A stretch of DNA of 64,000 nt from a virus. The notes under the pieces were generated by a model. That model was given only the letters and a program-made list of their open reading frames with translations. It ran no database searches and was not told the DNA's origin. Location: positions 27,680 to 91,679 of the IMG/VR virus record IMGVR_UViG_3300009068_000028. The stretch is one strand, 5' to 3'. Below, in pieces: positions 1-10,739 of the stretch. Both the position numbers and the translations under genes were made by a program. Position 1 is the first letter of the stretch. Every line of letters starts with the position of its first letter.

Positions 1-2
1 TA

Positions 3-1457
3 ACAAGTACCCCACATAACTTTTTGCCTGGACAGGGTGTATTTGTTGATGGACTAGACAACGCAGTTGATGGTTCATATTCGATTGCTACAGTGCCAAA
101 TACATCAGCTTTTACTGTTAGTAAAGTTGCTGCTAATATTGCAACTACACCATCAACTCCTGGTACAGCAACACGAAATTTTATAAATAGGGATCAAATG
201 ACTTTTGAAATGTTTAGAGTGCCAATTGTTTCTCGTGGAATTATTACTGAAAACAATTTAACTAAAGTTGTATTTACTGCAGAACTTCCAAACCTTGAAC
301 AATACGGAATGACAGAAATTGGAATCTACCCTTCTGGAAGTAATCCAACAGCAAGCACTATTGACAGCAGGGTATTATTTAATTTTTCAGATACAGAAAA
401 CTGGGAGTACCACTCTGACGTTGTTGAAAAGCCAGTATCATACGTAGATGGTGCAGGATATGCAAATGCTGCAATAAAAATAAGCGGAAATGATAATTTT
501 GCTTTAATTAATTCCTATGATCCAATTTTTAGTACTTACTATAGAATGACATCAAAAGAACAACCAAGATTTGAATCAAAGACACTAATGCTTAGGGGAA
601 ATACTTCGGCAATAAACACCTCCCCTACAATATACTCAATCTATGAAAACAGTTCTTTTCCCGAAAATCAATCGCACATTCATCATACAAACGTTTCTTT
701 TTCCTTCGATAAAAACTCTGCAGACGATCTGTTAAAGTTAGCCTTCTCAGTAATTACAGAAGCTACAAGTGCTACACAATATTCAGAAATAGGTGGACTT
801 AATATAATTGTTCAGTTTGCAGACTCTGAGACACTTGGAAGTAGTGAGTATGCCAATATGCAATTTTCATTAAACTCAACAGATTTAAAAGCAAACAACG
901 CAAACACACAATATTATGTTGCCCAAAAATCATTGTCAGAACTTAAAACAACTTCAAACTTTCAATGGTCTTCTGTAAACACTGTCAAAGTTTTTGCATC
1001 AGCTTTTGCTAATGTTGGAACAAACGTTTCTGCATCAATTCTTACAAGCAATGTGGCTACAATAACAACTTCCACTGTTCATGATTTGCTTGTAGGAGAT
1101 AAAATTGCAATAAATAATAGACCTGGCTATAGCGGTGTATATGAAATTGCTACAGTACCAACTACAACAACATTTACATATTCAACAACAACGGCAAACA
1201 TAGCCTCTAATACAACAGATGGTGGCACAGTAACAAAACTTCTAGGAAATCACTGGATAGCACTAGACGGACTTCGTTTTGAAAACATATCTTCTGCTGC
1301 TGCAAATCCACTATACGGACTTACTGGATATTCTTTGCTTGCAGAAACAGCGGTATCGTCTAACGGTGCATCAATTACAAACTATCCAATAGTAAAACAA
1401 AGAAATACAAACAACCTTATAGAGTTTAAGTTTGCTGTAGATACTGGTGGTGTATAG
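3..1457 (+). CDS. Virion structural protein (tail/baseplate), 5'-truncated
   Basis: Frame is open back to the window start. Thr/Ser/Asn-rich, with a repeated T-x-x-H-x-L-x-x-G motif and 'YGMTEIGIYP' typical of baseplate/tail proteins. Confidence 0.6.
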   Translation, partial: TSTPHNFLPGQGVFVDGLDNAVDGSYSIATVPNTSAFTVSKVAANIATTPSTPGTATRNFINRDQMTFEMFRVPIVSRGIITENNLTKVVFTAELPNLEQYGMTEIGIYPSGSNPTASTIDSRVLFNFSDTENWEYHSDVVEKPVSYVDGAGYANAAIKISGNDNFALINSYDPIFSTYYRMTSKEQPRFESKTLMLRGNTSAINTSPTIYSIYENSSFPENQSHIHHTNVSFSFDKNSADDLLKLAFSVITEATSATQYSEIGGLNIIVQFADSETLGSSEYANMQFSLNSTDLKANNANTQYYVAQKSLSELKTTSNFQWSSVNTVKVFASAFANVGTNVSASILTSNVATITTSTVHDLLVGDKIAINNRPGYSGVYEIATVPTTTTFTYSTTTANIASNTTDGGTVTKLLGNHWIALDGLRFENISSAAANPLYGLTGYSLLAETAVSSNGASITNYPIVKQRNTNNLIEFKFAVDTGGV

Positions 1458-2227
1458 TGGCTGAACAAGAAATATTTGAAGCAAAAATATCTACGGCATC
1501 ATTTCCTCCTAGACTGCCAGGCAATAAGCTTGCACTTAGGTATAAAGTAAAATCTTCTGATCTTAATCAAACCACTCAATGGTCTCCAGTCTATTATATA
1601 AATGGACCAACTAGACTTCAGGCAACCACAAATTCAATCGATAATTTAACAGCCACAAAATTTGTAGTAGATTGGGTAGATGACAATGTATCTGGTTACG
1701 ATCTATTTGTTTCATATTCTATAGATCTTTCAACTTATACTGGAACAGTCAACTCTGTTGGAACTACTAAGACTATTTATTTTACTTCAACATTTATTCC
1801 CGAAGAACTTAAAAATTTTAAGGTTGGCGATTTAATAGATGTGGCTGGGGTAGCCAACGCACTTAATGGAACTGCTACTGAGGGTGGGGCAGATATGAAA
1901 ATTACTGAACTTAATTTAACAACAAGTCCATATTACATTAGATATATTGGTGACTCTAGTAATACAACAGCTAATACATCAATCTCAGCTGGTTATTTTG
2001 CAACAGCAAATCTTGCAAGTCCAGAACAAAGATATCGTCAATATAGATATTTAGCAACCTATCCATTAACTGGAGAGGGAGAAAAAACCTACACTTTTCA
2101 ATCAGCAATAACGCAGAATGGTGTTTTGCGTTATCAAACAGCAGCGGCAATAATTCAAATCGAAGGCACTAGTAAAGTTTTAGACTCATCTCTTCAAATT
2201 GCAAAGACTACCAGAGTGTCCCTCTAA
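1457..2227 (+). CDS. Putative tail-associated structural protein
   Basis: 256 aa ORF coupled to the upstream gene, beta-rich composition. Confidence 0.5.
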   Translation: MAEQEIFEAKISTASFPPRLPGNKLALRYKVKSSDLNQTTQWSPVYYINGPTRLQATTNSIDNLTATKFVVDWVDDNVSGYDLFVSYSIDLSTYTGTVNSVGTTKTIYFTSTFIPEELKNFKVGDLIDVAGVANALNGTATEGGADMKITELNLTTSPYYIRYIGDSSNTTANTSISAGYFATANLASPEQRYRQYRYLATYPLTGEGEKTYTFQSAITQNGVLRYQTAAAIIQIEGTSKVLDSSLQIAKTTRVSL

Positions 2228-2244
2228 TCTGATATAATAATAGT

Positions 2245-2691
2245 ATGAAACTTCCACTTCCAAATAGAGGTCAGCCATTTGACCTAGCCTTAGTATATAG
2301 AATAATTGAAGAGATCAATAATTTATGGAACGAGATTGGACTTCGTGTTTCTTCATACTCTTCAATACAAACCGCAAAAGAAGCTATTAGTAGTGTTCGA
2401 TCAAGCGACGTAAGAACTGTTGCTGGGTTTGTAAATGTTATTGATAATACTAGCGTAAAAACAAATGACGACAAGCCATTTACCTATACATTTGATAGAG
2501 CATTTAAGTATCCACCAATTGTATCCACATCGTTAGAAACTATTGGTGAAAGTAATACTGAAGCAACTAAAAGCTCTACTGTAATTCTTACAAAGGTTAG
2601 CACGAGCACAATTGAGGGAATTATTAAATTTGAAACAGCAGGAACGGCTGCTGTACGAGTTAATCTTATTGCCGTTGGCATTCCTGTATAA
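2245..2691 (+). CDS. Putative tail-associated protein
   Basis: 148 aa ORF, TGATATAAT just upstream of the ATG. Confidence 0.5.
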   Translation: MKLPLPNRGQPFDLALVYRIIEEINNLWNEIGLRVSSYSSIQTAKEAISSVRSSDVRTVAGFVNVIDNTSVKTNDDKPFTYTFDRAFKYPPIVSTSLETIGESNTEATKSSTVILTKVSTSTIEGIIKFETAGTAAVRVNLIAVGIPV

Positions 2692-3212
2692 TGGACAGAG
2701 AGCAGTATAATTCTGCCCCAATAATTCCAGGTAGCAAAAAGGTTTGGTTTTTAAATGGTGACCTTGTTCGCATCTATCACTTTAATAGATCTAATGGAAT
2801 AATGTCCGTATATAACATTATTAAAGATCAAGTTGAAAGTTGTTTAGTTACAGATTTTAAACGGAATCGTGAAAGAGCATACACTGTAGGCGAGACAGCA
2901 ACAATGGTAAACAGACACAAGAAGTATATGCCTAGCCTTATGAAACGTGGAGTAATCCCCGAACCAATGGGTTCTCAGAAGGGCGGAGAGCGTGGCTGGC
3001 AAGTTCGATGTTACTACTCAGAATCACAGGTGCGTGACATTCGTGATATACTTGCTACCTATCACATTGGTAGACCAAGAAAAGACAATCTGGTTACTAA
3101 TGACATTACGCCTTCGCCACAGGAGTTGACAAGACGTATGGGAGATGGTATACTGACATATACGAGAACTGAAGACGGCAGGTTTGTTCCTGTTTGGTCT
3201 GAAAGTATTTAA
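2691..3212 (+). CDS. MerR-like HTH DNA-binding protein
   Basis: 'YTVGETATMVNRH...MKRGVIPEP...YYSESQV' fits the MerR/Xis HTH pattern. Confidence 0.6.
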   Translation: MDREQYNSAPIIPGSKKVWFLNGDLVRIYHFNRSNGIMSVYNIIKDQVESCLVTDFKRNRERAYTVGETATMVNRHKKYMPSLMKRGVIPEPMGSQKGGERGWQVRCYYSESQVRDIRDILATYHIGRPRKDNLVTNDITPSPQELTRRMGDGILTYTRTEDGRFVPVWSESI

Positions 3213-3226
3213 CCGAAGGGTATGAG

Positions 3227-3436
3227 ATGGAAAACGAAAACACAAAAATTAACATTGCATTGGGCTATACGCTCAATCTTGGTAACTTTCAATCACTCCG
3301 CATTGATCTAGGCGTTGAGGATTCACGTCGTGAGGGTGAGACTGTACAACAGGCATTTGACCGTGTGTACGAGTTTGTGGAAGCACGACTTGTTGAAAAG
3401 ATTAACGAGTCAAAAGACGAGATCGATAGCAAGTAA
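3227..3436 (+). CDS. Hypothetical phage protein
   Basis: 69 aa ORF in the replication operon. Confidence 0.6.
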   Translation: MENENTKINIALGYTLNLGNFQSLRIDLGVEDSRREGETVQQAFDRVYEFVEARLVEKINESKDEIDSK

Positions 3437-3744
3437 TGGCTGAACGCAAAGACCGAATGGCTTTGCTCAGTAGATACTCTAAGCTTTATCTTATAAAGTA
3501 CGAGGAAAAGCCATTAGTAAATTTAAACGTAGAGCAGTGGGCTGCAGATGCACTCATTGAGTCATATGGCATATCTATGTGCTATGACCTATTAGAATAT
3601 TATTTTGATGTAGCACAGAACCCAACATGGAAGTATTTTGCAAACTATACAGATAATCTAATATCTGCACAACAACAACAAAAAAATGACATATCCGAAC
3701 GAGCAGTTCGCCGTGAACAAGCAAGGAAGTGGTTAAGTGAATGA
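3436..3744 (+). CDS. Hypothetical protein (possible helicase loader)
   Basis: Translationally coupled upstream of the helicase; function inferred from position only. Confidence 0.5.
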   Translation: MAERKDRMALLSRYSKLYLIKYEEKPLVNLNVEQWAADALIESYGISMCYDLLEYYFDVAQNPTWKYFANYTDNLISAQQQQKNDISERAVRREQARKWLSE

Positions 3745-4957
3745 TTCAGAAGCAAAGCTTATCTCAGCAGTACTACAGGATAAGCAGGTACACGTATTAC
3801 TACAAGCTAACGTGGAAAACATTCTTCGTACTCACAATGACATATGGCAGTTTATTAGGAACTACTCTGAGCATAACGGTACTGTCCCACCTGTTACCCT
3901 TGTAGTAGACAAGTTCCGTGATTTTCATCCTGTTGATGGGGTTGGTGCAACTAAGCACCACCTAGAAGAACTACAGGCAGACTATCTTAATGACAGCCTA
4001 AAAGATATCTTACGCAACACTGCCGCAGATGTGCAGGGTGGCAAGGGTACAGAAGCCCTAGAGTCACTTATTCAAATGACTTCAGAGCTTAAGAAGAATA
4101 CTGCCTCAATCCGTGACATTGACGTTACAGACATTGACGATGCGATTGCGTATTATGAAAATGTGCAGAGGCAGAATGAGCTAGGACAGATTGGCATTAA
4201 GACTGGTCTTCCTGGATTTGATAACTATCTTCCTGCTGGCATTATGCCAGGACAACTTGGAGTCTTTCTTGCCTATCCAGGCATTGGCAAGTCGTGGCTA
4301 TCTCTTTACTTTGCTGTACAGGCTTGGAAGCAGGGCAAGTCACCAATGGTTGTAAGCCTTGAAATGAGCGAGACAGAGGTTCGTAACCGTGTCTACACAA
4401 TTATGGGCAATGGTCTTTGGTCGCACCGCAAGCTGTCTTCTGGCGAGGTAGAGCTAGATATGCTTAAGTCTTGGCACGAAAAGAATCTTCAGGGTAAGTC
4501 TGAGTTCCACATTATCTCTAATGATTCTGGTGGAGAGGTTACGCCATCAGTTATGCGAGGGAAGATCGACCAGTACAAGCCAGACTTTGTAATTGTAGAC
4601 TACCTACAACTAATGTCACCAAACCAGAAGTCAGACAATGAAACTGTTCGTATGAAGAACCTTTCTCGTGAACTTAAGCTAATGGCTATCTCTGAGGAAG
4701 TGCCTATCATTGCTATTTCATCTGCAACACCAGATGATGTTAATAAGCTAGACACTGTTCCTACACTGGGTCAAACCGCTTGGTCACGTCAAATTGCTTA
4801 CGATGCTGACTGGGTAATGGCTCTTGGTCGTGGTGCTAACTCAGATGTTATTGAGTGTGTATTCCGTAAGAACCGTAATGGATTTATGGGTGAGTTTATG
4901 GTTCAGGTTGACTTCGACAAGGGTCTATATAAATACAAAGATTTTGAAGATAACTAG
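3737..4957 (+). CDS. dnaB: DnaB-like replicative helicase
   Basis: Walker A 'AYPGIGKS', 'SLEMSE', 'IVDYLQLM', 'KNRNG'. Confidence 0.92.
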   Translation: MNDSEAKLISAVLQDKQVHVLLQANVENILRTHNDIWQFIRNYSEHNGTVPPVTLVVDKFRDFHPVDGVGATKHHLEELQADYLNDSLKDILRNTAADVQGGKGTEALESLIQMTSELKKNTASIRDIDVTDIDDAIAYYENVQRQNELGQIGIKTGLPGFDNYLPAGIMPGQLGVFLAYPGIGKSWLSLYFAVQAWKQGKSPMVVSLEMSETEVRNRVYTIMGNGLWSHRKLSSGEVELDMLKSWHEKNLQGKSEFHIISNDSGGEVTPSVMRGKIDQYKPDFVIVDYLQLMSPNQKSDNETVRMKNLSRELKLMAISEEVPIIAISSATPDDVNKLDTVPTLGQTAWSRQIAYDADWVMALGRGANSDVIECVFRKNRNGFMGEFMVQVDFDKGLYKYKDFEDN

Positions 4958-4969
4958 TTATAATGGAGT

Positions 4970-5296
4970 ATGCAAAATCAGCATCATAAATCAATCAAGC
5001 GATTTGGTTTAGATGGCATTATTCACGACGAAGCTGCAATACCAAGGCTAAAGCAAGAATATGTTAGACTGTTAAAAACTGAAATGATTCTAACTGGGTA
5101 CGCACCCAGGCTAGATCTTGACCCAGATTTTACAATCTTTTACAACCACGAGAAAGAAATTTTTGAATTTCAATTATCACTATATGGAACATACCTAGGA
5201 AAGAATAAAACACAATGGATAACAGGAATAGACGGAACAAAAATAGTTCCTACACACAAGAACAAATCAAAAGAGTCCTTACAGGATCAGGCGTAG
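4970..5296 (+). CDS. Hypothetical protein
   Basis: 108 aa ORF, TATAAT 5 nt before the ATG. Confidence 0.55.
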   Translation: MQNQHHKSIKRFGLDGIIHDEAAIPRLKQEYVRLLKTEMILTGYAPRLDLDPDFTIFYNHEKEIFEFQLSLYGTYLGKNKTQWITGIDGTKIVPTHKNKSKESLQDQA

Positions 5297-6159
5297 ATAT
5301 TGAATCAGAAGTAGATTCAGACTACATTATCTTCTGCCCATTTCATCCTAATCATCGCTCACCAGCAGGTGAAGTTGATAAGCACAACGGAACATTCTTT
5401 TGTTTTTCCTGTCACCACGTTGCTGACCTAGTAGAGTTAGTTGTCAAGACCTCTGGTCGTACATACTTTGAGGCAGTACGTTTTATTAAATCTAAAGCAA
5501 CTGAGTCCGACCTTACGTCAGAGATTAATCGTAAACTATATACTAAGCCAGACTATGTACAGTTTGACGAATTGTTAATTAAAAGATTAAATACGCAAGC
5601 ACTAGAAGGACCTCGTGCAATGCGTTACTTTGCAGGTCGATCAGTAACAGAACAGTCAGTTAAAAAGTTTGCTCTTGGATTTTCTGAGAGACAAGATATG
5701 GTGACAATTCCTGTACACGCTCCAGATGGAATGTGCATCGGGTTTGTTGGTCGATCAATTGAAGGCAAGGAGTTTAAGAATACTCCAGGAATGCCTAAAT
5801 CAAAACTTCTGTTTAACCTACATAGGGTCAAAACAGCAGACAAGGTATATGTAGTTGAATCATCTTTCGATGCCATACGCCTTGACCAAGTTGGATTTCC
5901 AGCGGTAGCAACTCTAGGTTCTAACGTATCCAACATACAGATTGAATTGCTAAAGAAGTATTTCAATAACATAATAGTTATTGCAGATAACGATGAAGCA
6001 GGAGGAAACATGAAGTCAAAGATTATTGATAAGCTTGGCTCTCGTGTATCCGTGATCACACTAGAAAAACAATACAAGGATATTGGAGATATGACGGATG
6101 AAGATATTGCAAATCTGGATGTTGCATTTGACAAAACCATCATGTCTATGCTAAACTGA
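5215..6159 (+). CDS. dnaG: DNA primase (CHC2 zinc finger + Toprim)
   Basis: 'CPFH...CFSC' zinc finger; 'VVESSFD' and 'ADNDEAG' Toprim motifs. Confidence 0.9.
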   Translation: MDNRNRRNKNSSYTQEQIKRVLTGSGVDIESEVDSDYIIFCPFHPNHRSPAGEVDKHNGTFFCFSCHHVADLVELVVKTSGRTYFEAVRFIKSKATESDLTSEINRKLYTKPDYVQFDELLIKRLNTQALEGPRAMRYFAGRSVTEQSVKKFALGFSERQDMVTIPVHAPDGMCIGFVGRSIEGKEFKNTPGMPKSKLLFNLHRVKTADKVYVVESSFDAIRLDQVGFPAVATLGSNVSNIQIELLKKYFNNIIVIADNDEAGGNMKSKIIDKLGSRVSVITLEKQYKDIGDMTDEDIANLDVAFDKTIMSMLN

Positions 6160-6186
6160 TAACCTCAACAAAACAAGGAGAAAAAT

Positions 6187-6837
6187 ATGAGTGCAATTAA
6201 GGGACTTAAAAATCTAAACGCCCTACTCGAAAAACCAAAGTACGAAGGTACAAAGGTTCGTTGGCTTAAGCTTGCTGACGGACAGTCTGCTACGATTCGT
6301 TTCGTAGAAGAGCTAGATGCAGATTCACCCTACTACGATGAAAGTCGTGGAGAGGCTTGTGTATTTGCAGAGCACACCAACCCAAAGGACTACAAGCGTA
6401 AGGCTGCTTGTACAGTCGATTCGGAAGGTCGCTGCTACGGCTGTGAAATGGCTCGTAAAGAGCCTAAGTCTGGCTGGAGAGCACGTAACCGCTTCTACTG
6501 CAACGTCCTCGTTGAAGACGGTCTTGAAGACCCCTACGTGGCTGTATGGTCACAGGGTATCTCAAAGCAGTCTGCTGTACCCACATTGATGGAATACTTT
6601 GACGACACCAAGGGTATTTCAAATGTTGTTTGGAAGATCAAGCGTAACGGTCAGGGAACTGAAACAAGTTACACGCTTCTTCCCAAGGGACCTGACACAG
6701 AGCCTTTTGACTGGTCAACCCACGAGTTCCACAACTTGGAAAACGTTCTTCGTGAGATTCCTTACGCTGAACAGGAAGCATTCTATTTCGGTTTCGATGC
6801 TCCATCCATTACCTCTGCTACTAACGCAGACTGGTAA
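6187..6837 (+). CDS. Single-stranded DNA-binding protein (gp32-like)
   Basis: His/Cys metal motif, 'WKIKRNGQGTETSY', position between primase and polymerase, strong RBS. Confidence 0.7.
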   Translation: MSAIKGLKNLNALLEKPKYEGTKVRWLKLADGQSATIRFVEELDADSPYYDESRGEACVFAEHTNPKDYKRKAACTVDSEGRCYGCEMARKEPKSGWRARNRFYCNVLVEDGLEDPYVAVWSQGISKQSAVPTLMEYFDDTKGISNVVWKIKRNGQGTETSYTLLPKGPDTEPFDWSTHEFHNLENVLREIPYAEQEAFYFGFDAPSITSATNADW

Positions 6838-6844
6838 TAAAGAC

Positions 6845-6873
6845 TGTGCTGGGCAAACACACTAAACTGCCCA
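6845..6873 (+). ncRNA. 3'-UTR H-type pseudoknot motif (copy 1 of 5)
   Basis: tgtg-CTGGGCA-aa-caca-ctAAACTGCCCA; P1 tgtg/caca, P2 tgggca/tgccca; covarying copies at 43.2-45.7 kb. Confidence 0.6.
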
Positions 6874-6905
6874 CCTAAACTTTTCATTTCTAACGTAAGG
6901 ACTCT

Positions 6906-9900
6906 ATGAGTTACGCTGGGCTTCATGTTCATACCCACTACTCGCTTTTCGATGGCATTGCTACCCCACAGGAATATGTAAATCGTGCAGTTGCACTGGG
7001 AATGCCAGCCATTGCTATCACAGACCACGGAAGTCTTTCAGGACACCGTGAGTTATACCGCTCTGCTAAAGAAGCTGGCATCAAGCCAATTCTTGGCATT
7101 GAAGGGTACATTACTAAAGACCGCCTAGACCACACAGATAAAAAAGACAAGAACGACCCACTTGATCTTAACTATAATCACCTTATTATTCTTGCAAAGA
7201 ATACCACAGGTCTAGAGAATTTAAATAAGCTTAACGAACTTGCCTGGACAGAAGGTTTCTACAAGAAGCCTCGTATTGACTGGCAGATTCTTGAAAAATA
7301 CAAGGAAGGTCTTATTGTTACCTCTGGCTGTTTGTCGGGGGTACTGGCTAAAGCAATTGAATCAGACAATCTAGCCTATGCTAAGGAACACATCAGGTGG
7401 TGTAAGGATATCTTTGGTGACGACTATTACATTGAGGTTATGCCACATAATCCTGCAGAAGTAAACAAGATGTTGCTTGAGCTTGCAGACGAGTTTGGCA
7501 TTACACCTGTAGTCACACCTGACTGCCATCACTCAGATAAGAGCCAGAAAGAAATTCAAGAACTTAAACTAATCCTTAACTCATACTCAAATAAAACTGT
7601 TGGAGATTCAACATACAACGGTACAAAGAAGTATGACAATCTCATGGACAAGCTCGACTACCTCTATGGTGAAGACCGTCAGATGTCATTTAATAAGTTT
7701 GACATTCATTTGTTGTCAGATGAAGAGATGCACGATGCCATGAAAGCTCAGGGTATTGACCGTGAGGATATGTATGAGGCAACTCTTGAGATTGTAAACA
7801 AGATTGAAGATTATGATATCCAAGACTACCGTGACCTACTGCCTGTTCAGTACCAGGACCCAGACGGAGAGCTCCTCAGCCTCGCTCTGGAGGGCTTAAA
7901 GGCTAAAGGCTTAGATCAGAACCAAGAATATATTGATCGTCTTAACGAGGAGCTGACGATCATTAAGGACAAGAACTTTGGTCCTTACTTTCTAGTTGTA
8001 CGCTCTATGATTGCTTGGGCTAAGAAGGAAGGCATTATGGTTGGACCAGGACGTGGTTCGTCTGCTGGTTCGCTACTCTGCTATTCTCTTGGCATTACAG
8101 ATATTGACCCTATCATACACGGTCTACTGTTCTTTCGATTTATTAATCCAGAACGTAATGACTTTCCAGATATTGATACAGATATTCAAGACACACGACG
8201 TGAAGAGGTAAAGGATTACCTTGTACGTCAGTATCGTCACGTTGCCTCTATTGCTACATTCTTGCAGTTTAAGGATAAAGGTGTCGTGCGAGACATTGCT
8301 CGTGTGCTAAAGGTTCCACTTCCTGACGTTAATAAAGTTATGAAGCTTGTGGATACTTGGGAAGACTACTGCTCTTCATCATCTACAGCAGAGTTTCGTG
8401 AGAAATATCCAGAGATTGAACTATATGGAGAGCAACTGCGTGGTCGTATCCGTGGTACTGGTATCCACGCTGCTGGTGTTGTTACATCCAAGGAGCCTAT
8501 CTTTAAGTTTGCTCCAATGGAGACTCGTACAGCACCAGGAACCAAGGAGCGTATTCCTGTTGTTGCAGTAGATATGACAGAAGCAGAGCGTATTGGTCTT
8601 ATTAAAATTGATGCTCTTGGTCTCAAGACACTATCGGTTTTGCAGGACACGCTTGCAATCATTAAAGACCGTGGTGGCAAAAACATCGATCTTCTTAAGA
8701 TTGATATGGATGATAAGAATGTCTACGCCATGCTCTCTGACGGATTCACTAAGGGTGTCTTTCAGTGTGAAGCCACACCATACACCAACTTGCTAGTTAA
8801 GATGGGTGTCAAGAACTTTGCAGAGCTTGCTGCCTCTAACGCTCTTGTCCGTCCAGGTGCTATGAACACTATTGGTAAAGACTACATTGCTCGTAAGCAC
8901 GGTAAGCAAAAAATTACCTATCTTCACAGTGTTATGAAAGAGTTTACAGACGACACCTATGGATGCGTTCTGTACCAAGAACAGGTCATGCTTGCTTGTA
9001 CAAATCTTGGCGGTATGACAATGGCAGAGGCTGACAAGGTTCGTAAGATTATTGGTAAAAAGAAAGATGCTCGTGAGTTTGATGCCTATAAGGATCAGTT
9101 TGTAAGAGGAGCCTCTAGATATGTAACTACATTCCAAGCAGAAGAACTCTGGCATGATTTTGAGGCACACGCTGGTTACTCCTTTAACAAGTCTCACGCC
9201 GTTGCATACTCAACACTTTCTTACTGGACTGCGTGGCTAAAGTATCACTACCCAATTGAGTTTATGTTTGCACTTCTCAAGAACGAGAAGGACAAGGATG
9301 CTCGTACAGAGTACCTTATTGAAGCAAAGCGTATGGGCATTCCAATTAAGTTGCCACACGTCAACGATTCAGATGCTGACTTTAAGATTGAGGGCAAGGG
9401 TATTCGATTTGGTCTTAGTGGTATCAAGTTTATTAGTGATAACATTGCAGAAAAGTATATTGCTGCTCGTCCCTTCAACTCTTACAAAGAGCTAGAGGAG
9501 TTCTCGTTTGGCAAGGGCAACGGAGTTAACTCTCGTGCATTGTCAGCACTTAGACTAATCGGTGCTGCCACCTTCCCTGACCAGCCTCGCAATGATGAAG
9601 AGATTCGGGAGAACCTTTACGAGTATTTGAACCTGCCAGAATTTAATACAGCAATTCCACAGCACTATCACGCATTTATTAATGATGTTGAAGAGTATGA
9701 GGAAAAGGGTTCATTTATTATCATGGGCATTGTCAAGGGGATTAAGCGAGGCAAGGGCTGGTCACGAGTAGAGGTGCTAGATAAGACAGGTGCTATCGGT
9801 ATCTTTGATGAAGAGCAGTCCAAGGTTGAGGCAGGACGTACCTACCTTATCCTTGCAAGTGATAATCGTATCGTTACTGCAATCCCTGCAGATGAAATTA

Positions 9901-10184
9901 AGGGTAACGATTCAGGTCTTGTAAAGATTCTTAACTACCGTATGCTACCATATACAGACGACCAGTTAATGGTTGTGTCATTTAGACCACGCATTACTAA
10001 GGCTGGTAAAAAGATGGCATCAATGGTAGTCGCAGACTCGTCACGAGAACTGCACTCAATCACAATCTTCCCAACTTCATTTCCTAAAGCATATATGAAG
10101 ATTAAGGAAGGTAATGTATATAAATTCTCTTTTGGTAAAACAAAAGACGGAACAACAATAATGGAGGATGTATTCGATGTTTGA
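6906..10184 (+). CDS. dnaE: DNA polymerase III alpha subunit
   Basis: PHP 'HVHTHYS...TDHG', 'GPGRGSSAGS', 'PDIDTD', 'YSFNKSHA'; 1092 aa. Confidence 0.97.
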   Translation: MSYAGLHVHTHYSLFDGIATPQEYVNRAVALGMPAIAITDHGSLSGHRELYRSAKEAGIKPILGIEGYITKDRLDHTDKKDKNDPLDLNYNHLIILAKNTTGLENLNKLNELAWTEGFYKKPRIDWQILEKYKEGLIVTSGCLSGVLAKAIESDNLAYAKEHIRWCKDIFGDDYYIEVMPHNPAEVNKMLLELADEFGITPVVTPDCHHSDKSQKEIQELKLILNSYSNKTVGDSTYNGTKKYDNLMDKLDYLYGEDRQMSFNKFDIHLLSDEEMHDAMKAQGIDREDMYEATLEIVNKIEDYDIQDYRDLLPVQYQDPDGELLSLALEGLKAKGLDQNQEYIDRLNEELTIIKDKNFGPYFLVVRSMIAWAKKEGIMVGPGRGSSAGSLLCYSLGITDIDPIIHGLLFFRFINPERNDFPDIDTDIQDTRREEVKDYLVRQYRHVASIATFLQFKDKGVVRDIARVLKVPLPDVNKVMKLVDTWEDYCSSSSTAEFREKYPEIELYGEQLRGRIRGTGIHAAGVVTSKEPIFKFAPMETRTAPGTKERIPVVAVDMTEAERIGLIKIDALGLKTLSVLQDTLAIIKDRGGKNIDLLKIDMDDKNVYAMLSDGFTKGVFQCEATPYTNLLVKMGVKNFAELAASNALVRPGAMNTIGKDYIARKHGKQKITYLHSVMKEFTDDTYGCVLYQEQVMLACTNLGGMTMAEADKVRKIIGKKKDAREFDAYKDQFVRGASRYVTTFQAEELWHDFEAHAGYSFNKSHAVAYSTLSYWTAWLKYHYPIEFMFALLKNEKDKDARTEYLIEAKRMGIPIKLPHVNDSDADFKIEGKGIRFGLSGIKFISDNIAEKYIAARPFNSYKELEEFSFGKGNGVNSRALSALRLIGAATFPDQPRNDEEIRENLYEYLNLPEFNTAIPQHYHAFINDVEEYEEKGSFIIMGIVKGIKRGKGWSRVEVLDKTGAIGIFDEEQSKVEAGRTYLILASDNRIVTAIPADEIKGNDSGLVKILNYRMLPYTDDQLMVVSFRPRITKAGKKMASMVVADSSRELHSITIFPTSFPKAYMKIKEGNVYKFSFGKTKDGTTIMEDVFDV

Positions 10185-10515
10185 TGAAATAACAGAACAC
10201 TTGCACGAGATTGCAGTTGAAAAAGGATTTTGGGATCCAGTAGTAAGCAATGTATCTCAAGATCAAATTGATATCTTTATGACCAAGCAGTTGATGATGA
10301 TTGTATCAGAGGCTGTAGAGGTTATGGAAGCTATTCGTAAGTCAAAAGGTCCAGAGGAGATCGCTGACGAAATGGCAGACATTCTTATTCGCACACTTGA
10401 CCTATATGCAGGTCTACGTGAATTTGAATACACACACGTCTCTCTTGACGAGGCATTTGAAAAGAAGACAGCGTTTAATAAAACACGACCAGAAAAGCAC
10501 GGAGTAAAATTCTAA
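10177..10515 (+). CDS. MazG-like NTP pyrophosphohydrolase
   Basis: 'SEAVEVMEAIRK...EEIADEMADILIR' ExxE/ExxD motif. Confidence 0.8.
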   Translation: MFDEITEHLHEIAVEKGFWDPVVSNVSQDQIDIFMTKQLMMIVSEAVEVMEAIRKSKGPEEIADEMADILIRTLDLYAGLREFEYTHVSLDEAFEKKTAFNKTRPEKHGVKF

Positions 10516-10739
10516 TGACAGTAACAGTATACACAAAAGACAATTGCGTACAGTGTGAAGCAACTAAGCGTCACCTAAACAAGATTGATGTTGCCTATGA
10601 GACAGTTAATATTACAAACAATATTGGTGCTCTTGACAAGTTGATTGCTTTGGGATATCGTTCTGCACCTGTAGTGGTCACAGACGACGACAGCTGGGCA
10701 GGGTACATTCCAGAGAAGCTAGATAAGTTGGCTATCTAG
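10515..10739 (+). CDS. nrdH: NrdH-redoxin
   Basis: 'CVQC' active site, 'GYRSAPVV...WAGY'. Confidence 0.9.
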   Translation: MTVTVYTKDNCVQCEATKRHLNKIDVAYETVNITNNIGALDKLIALGYRSAPVVVTDDDSWAGYIPEKLDKLAI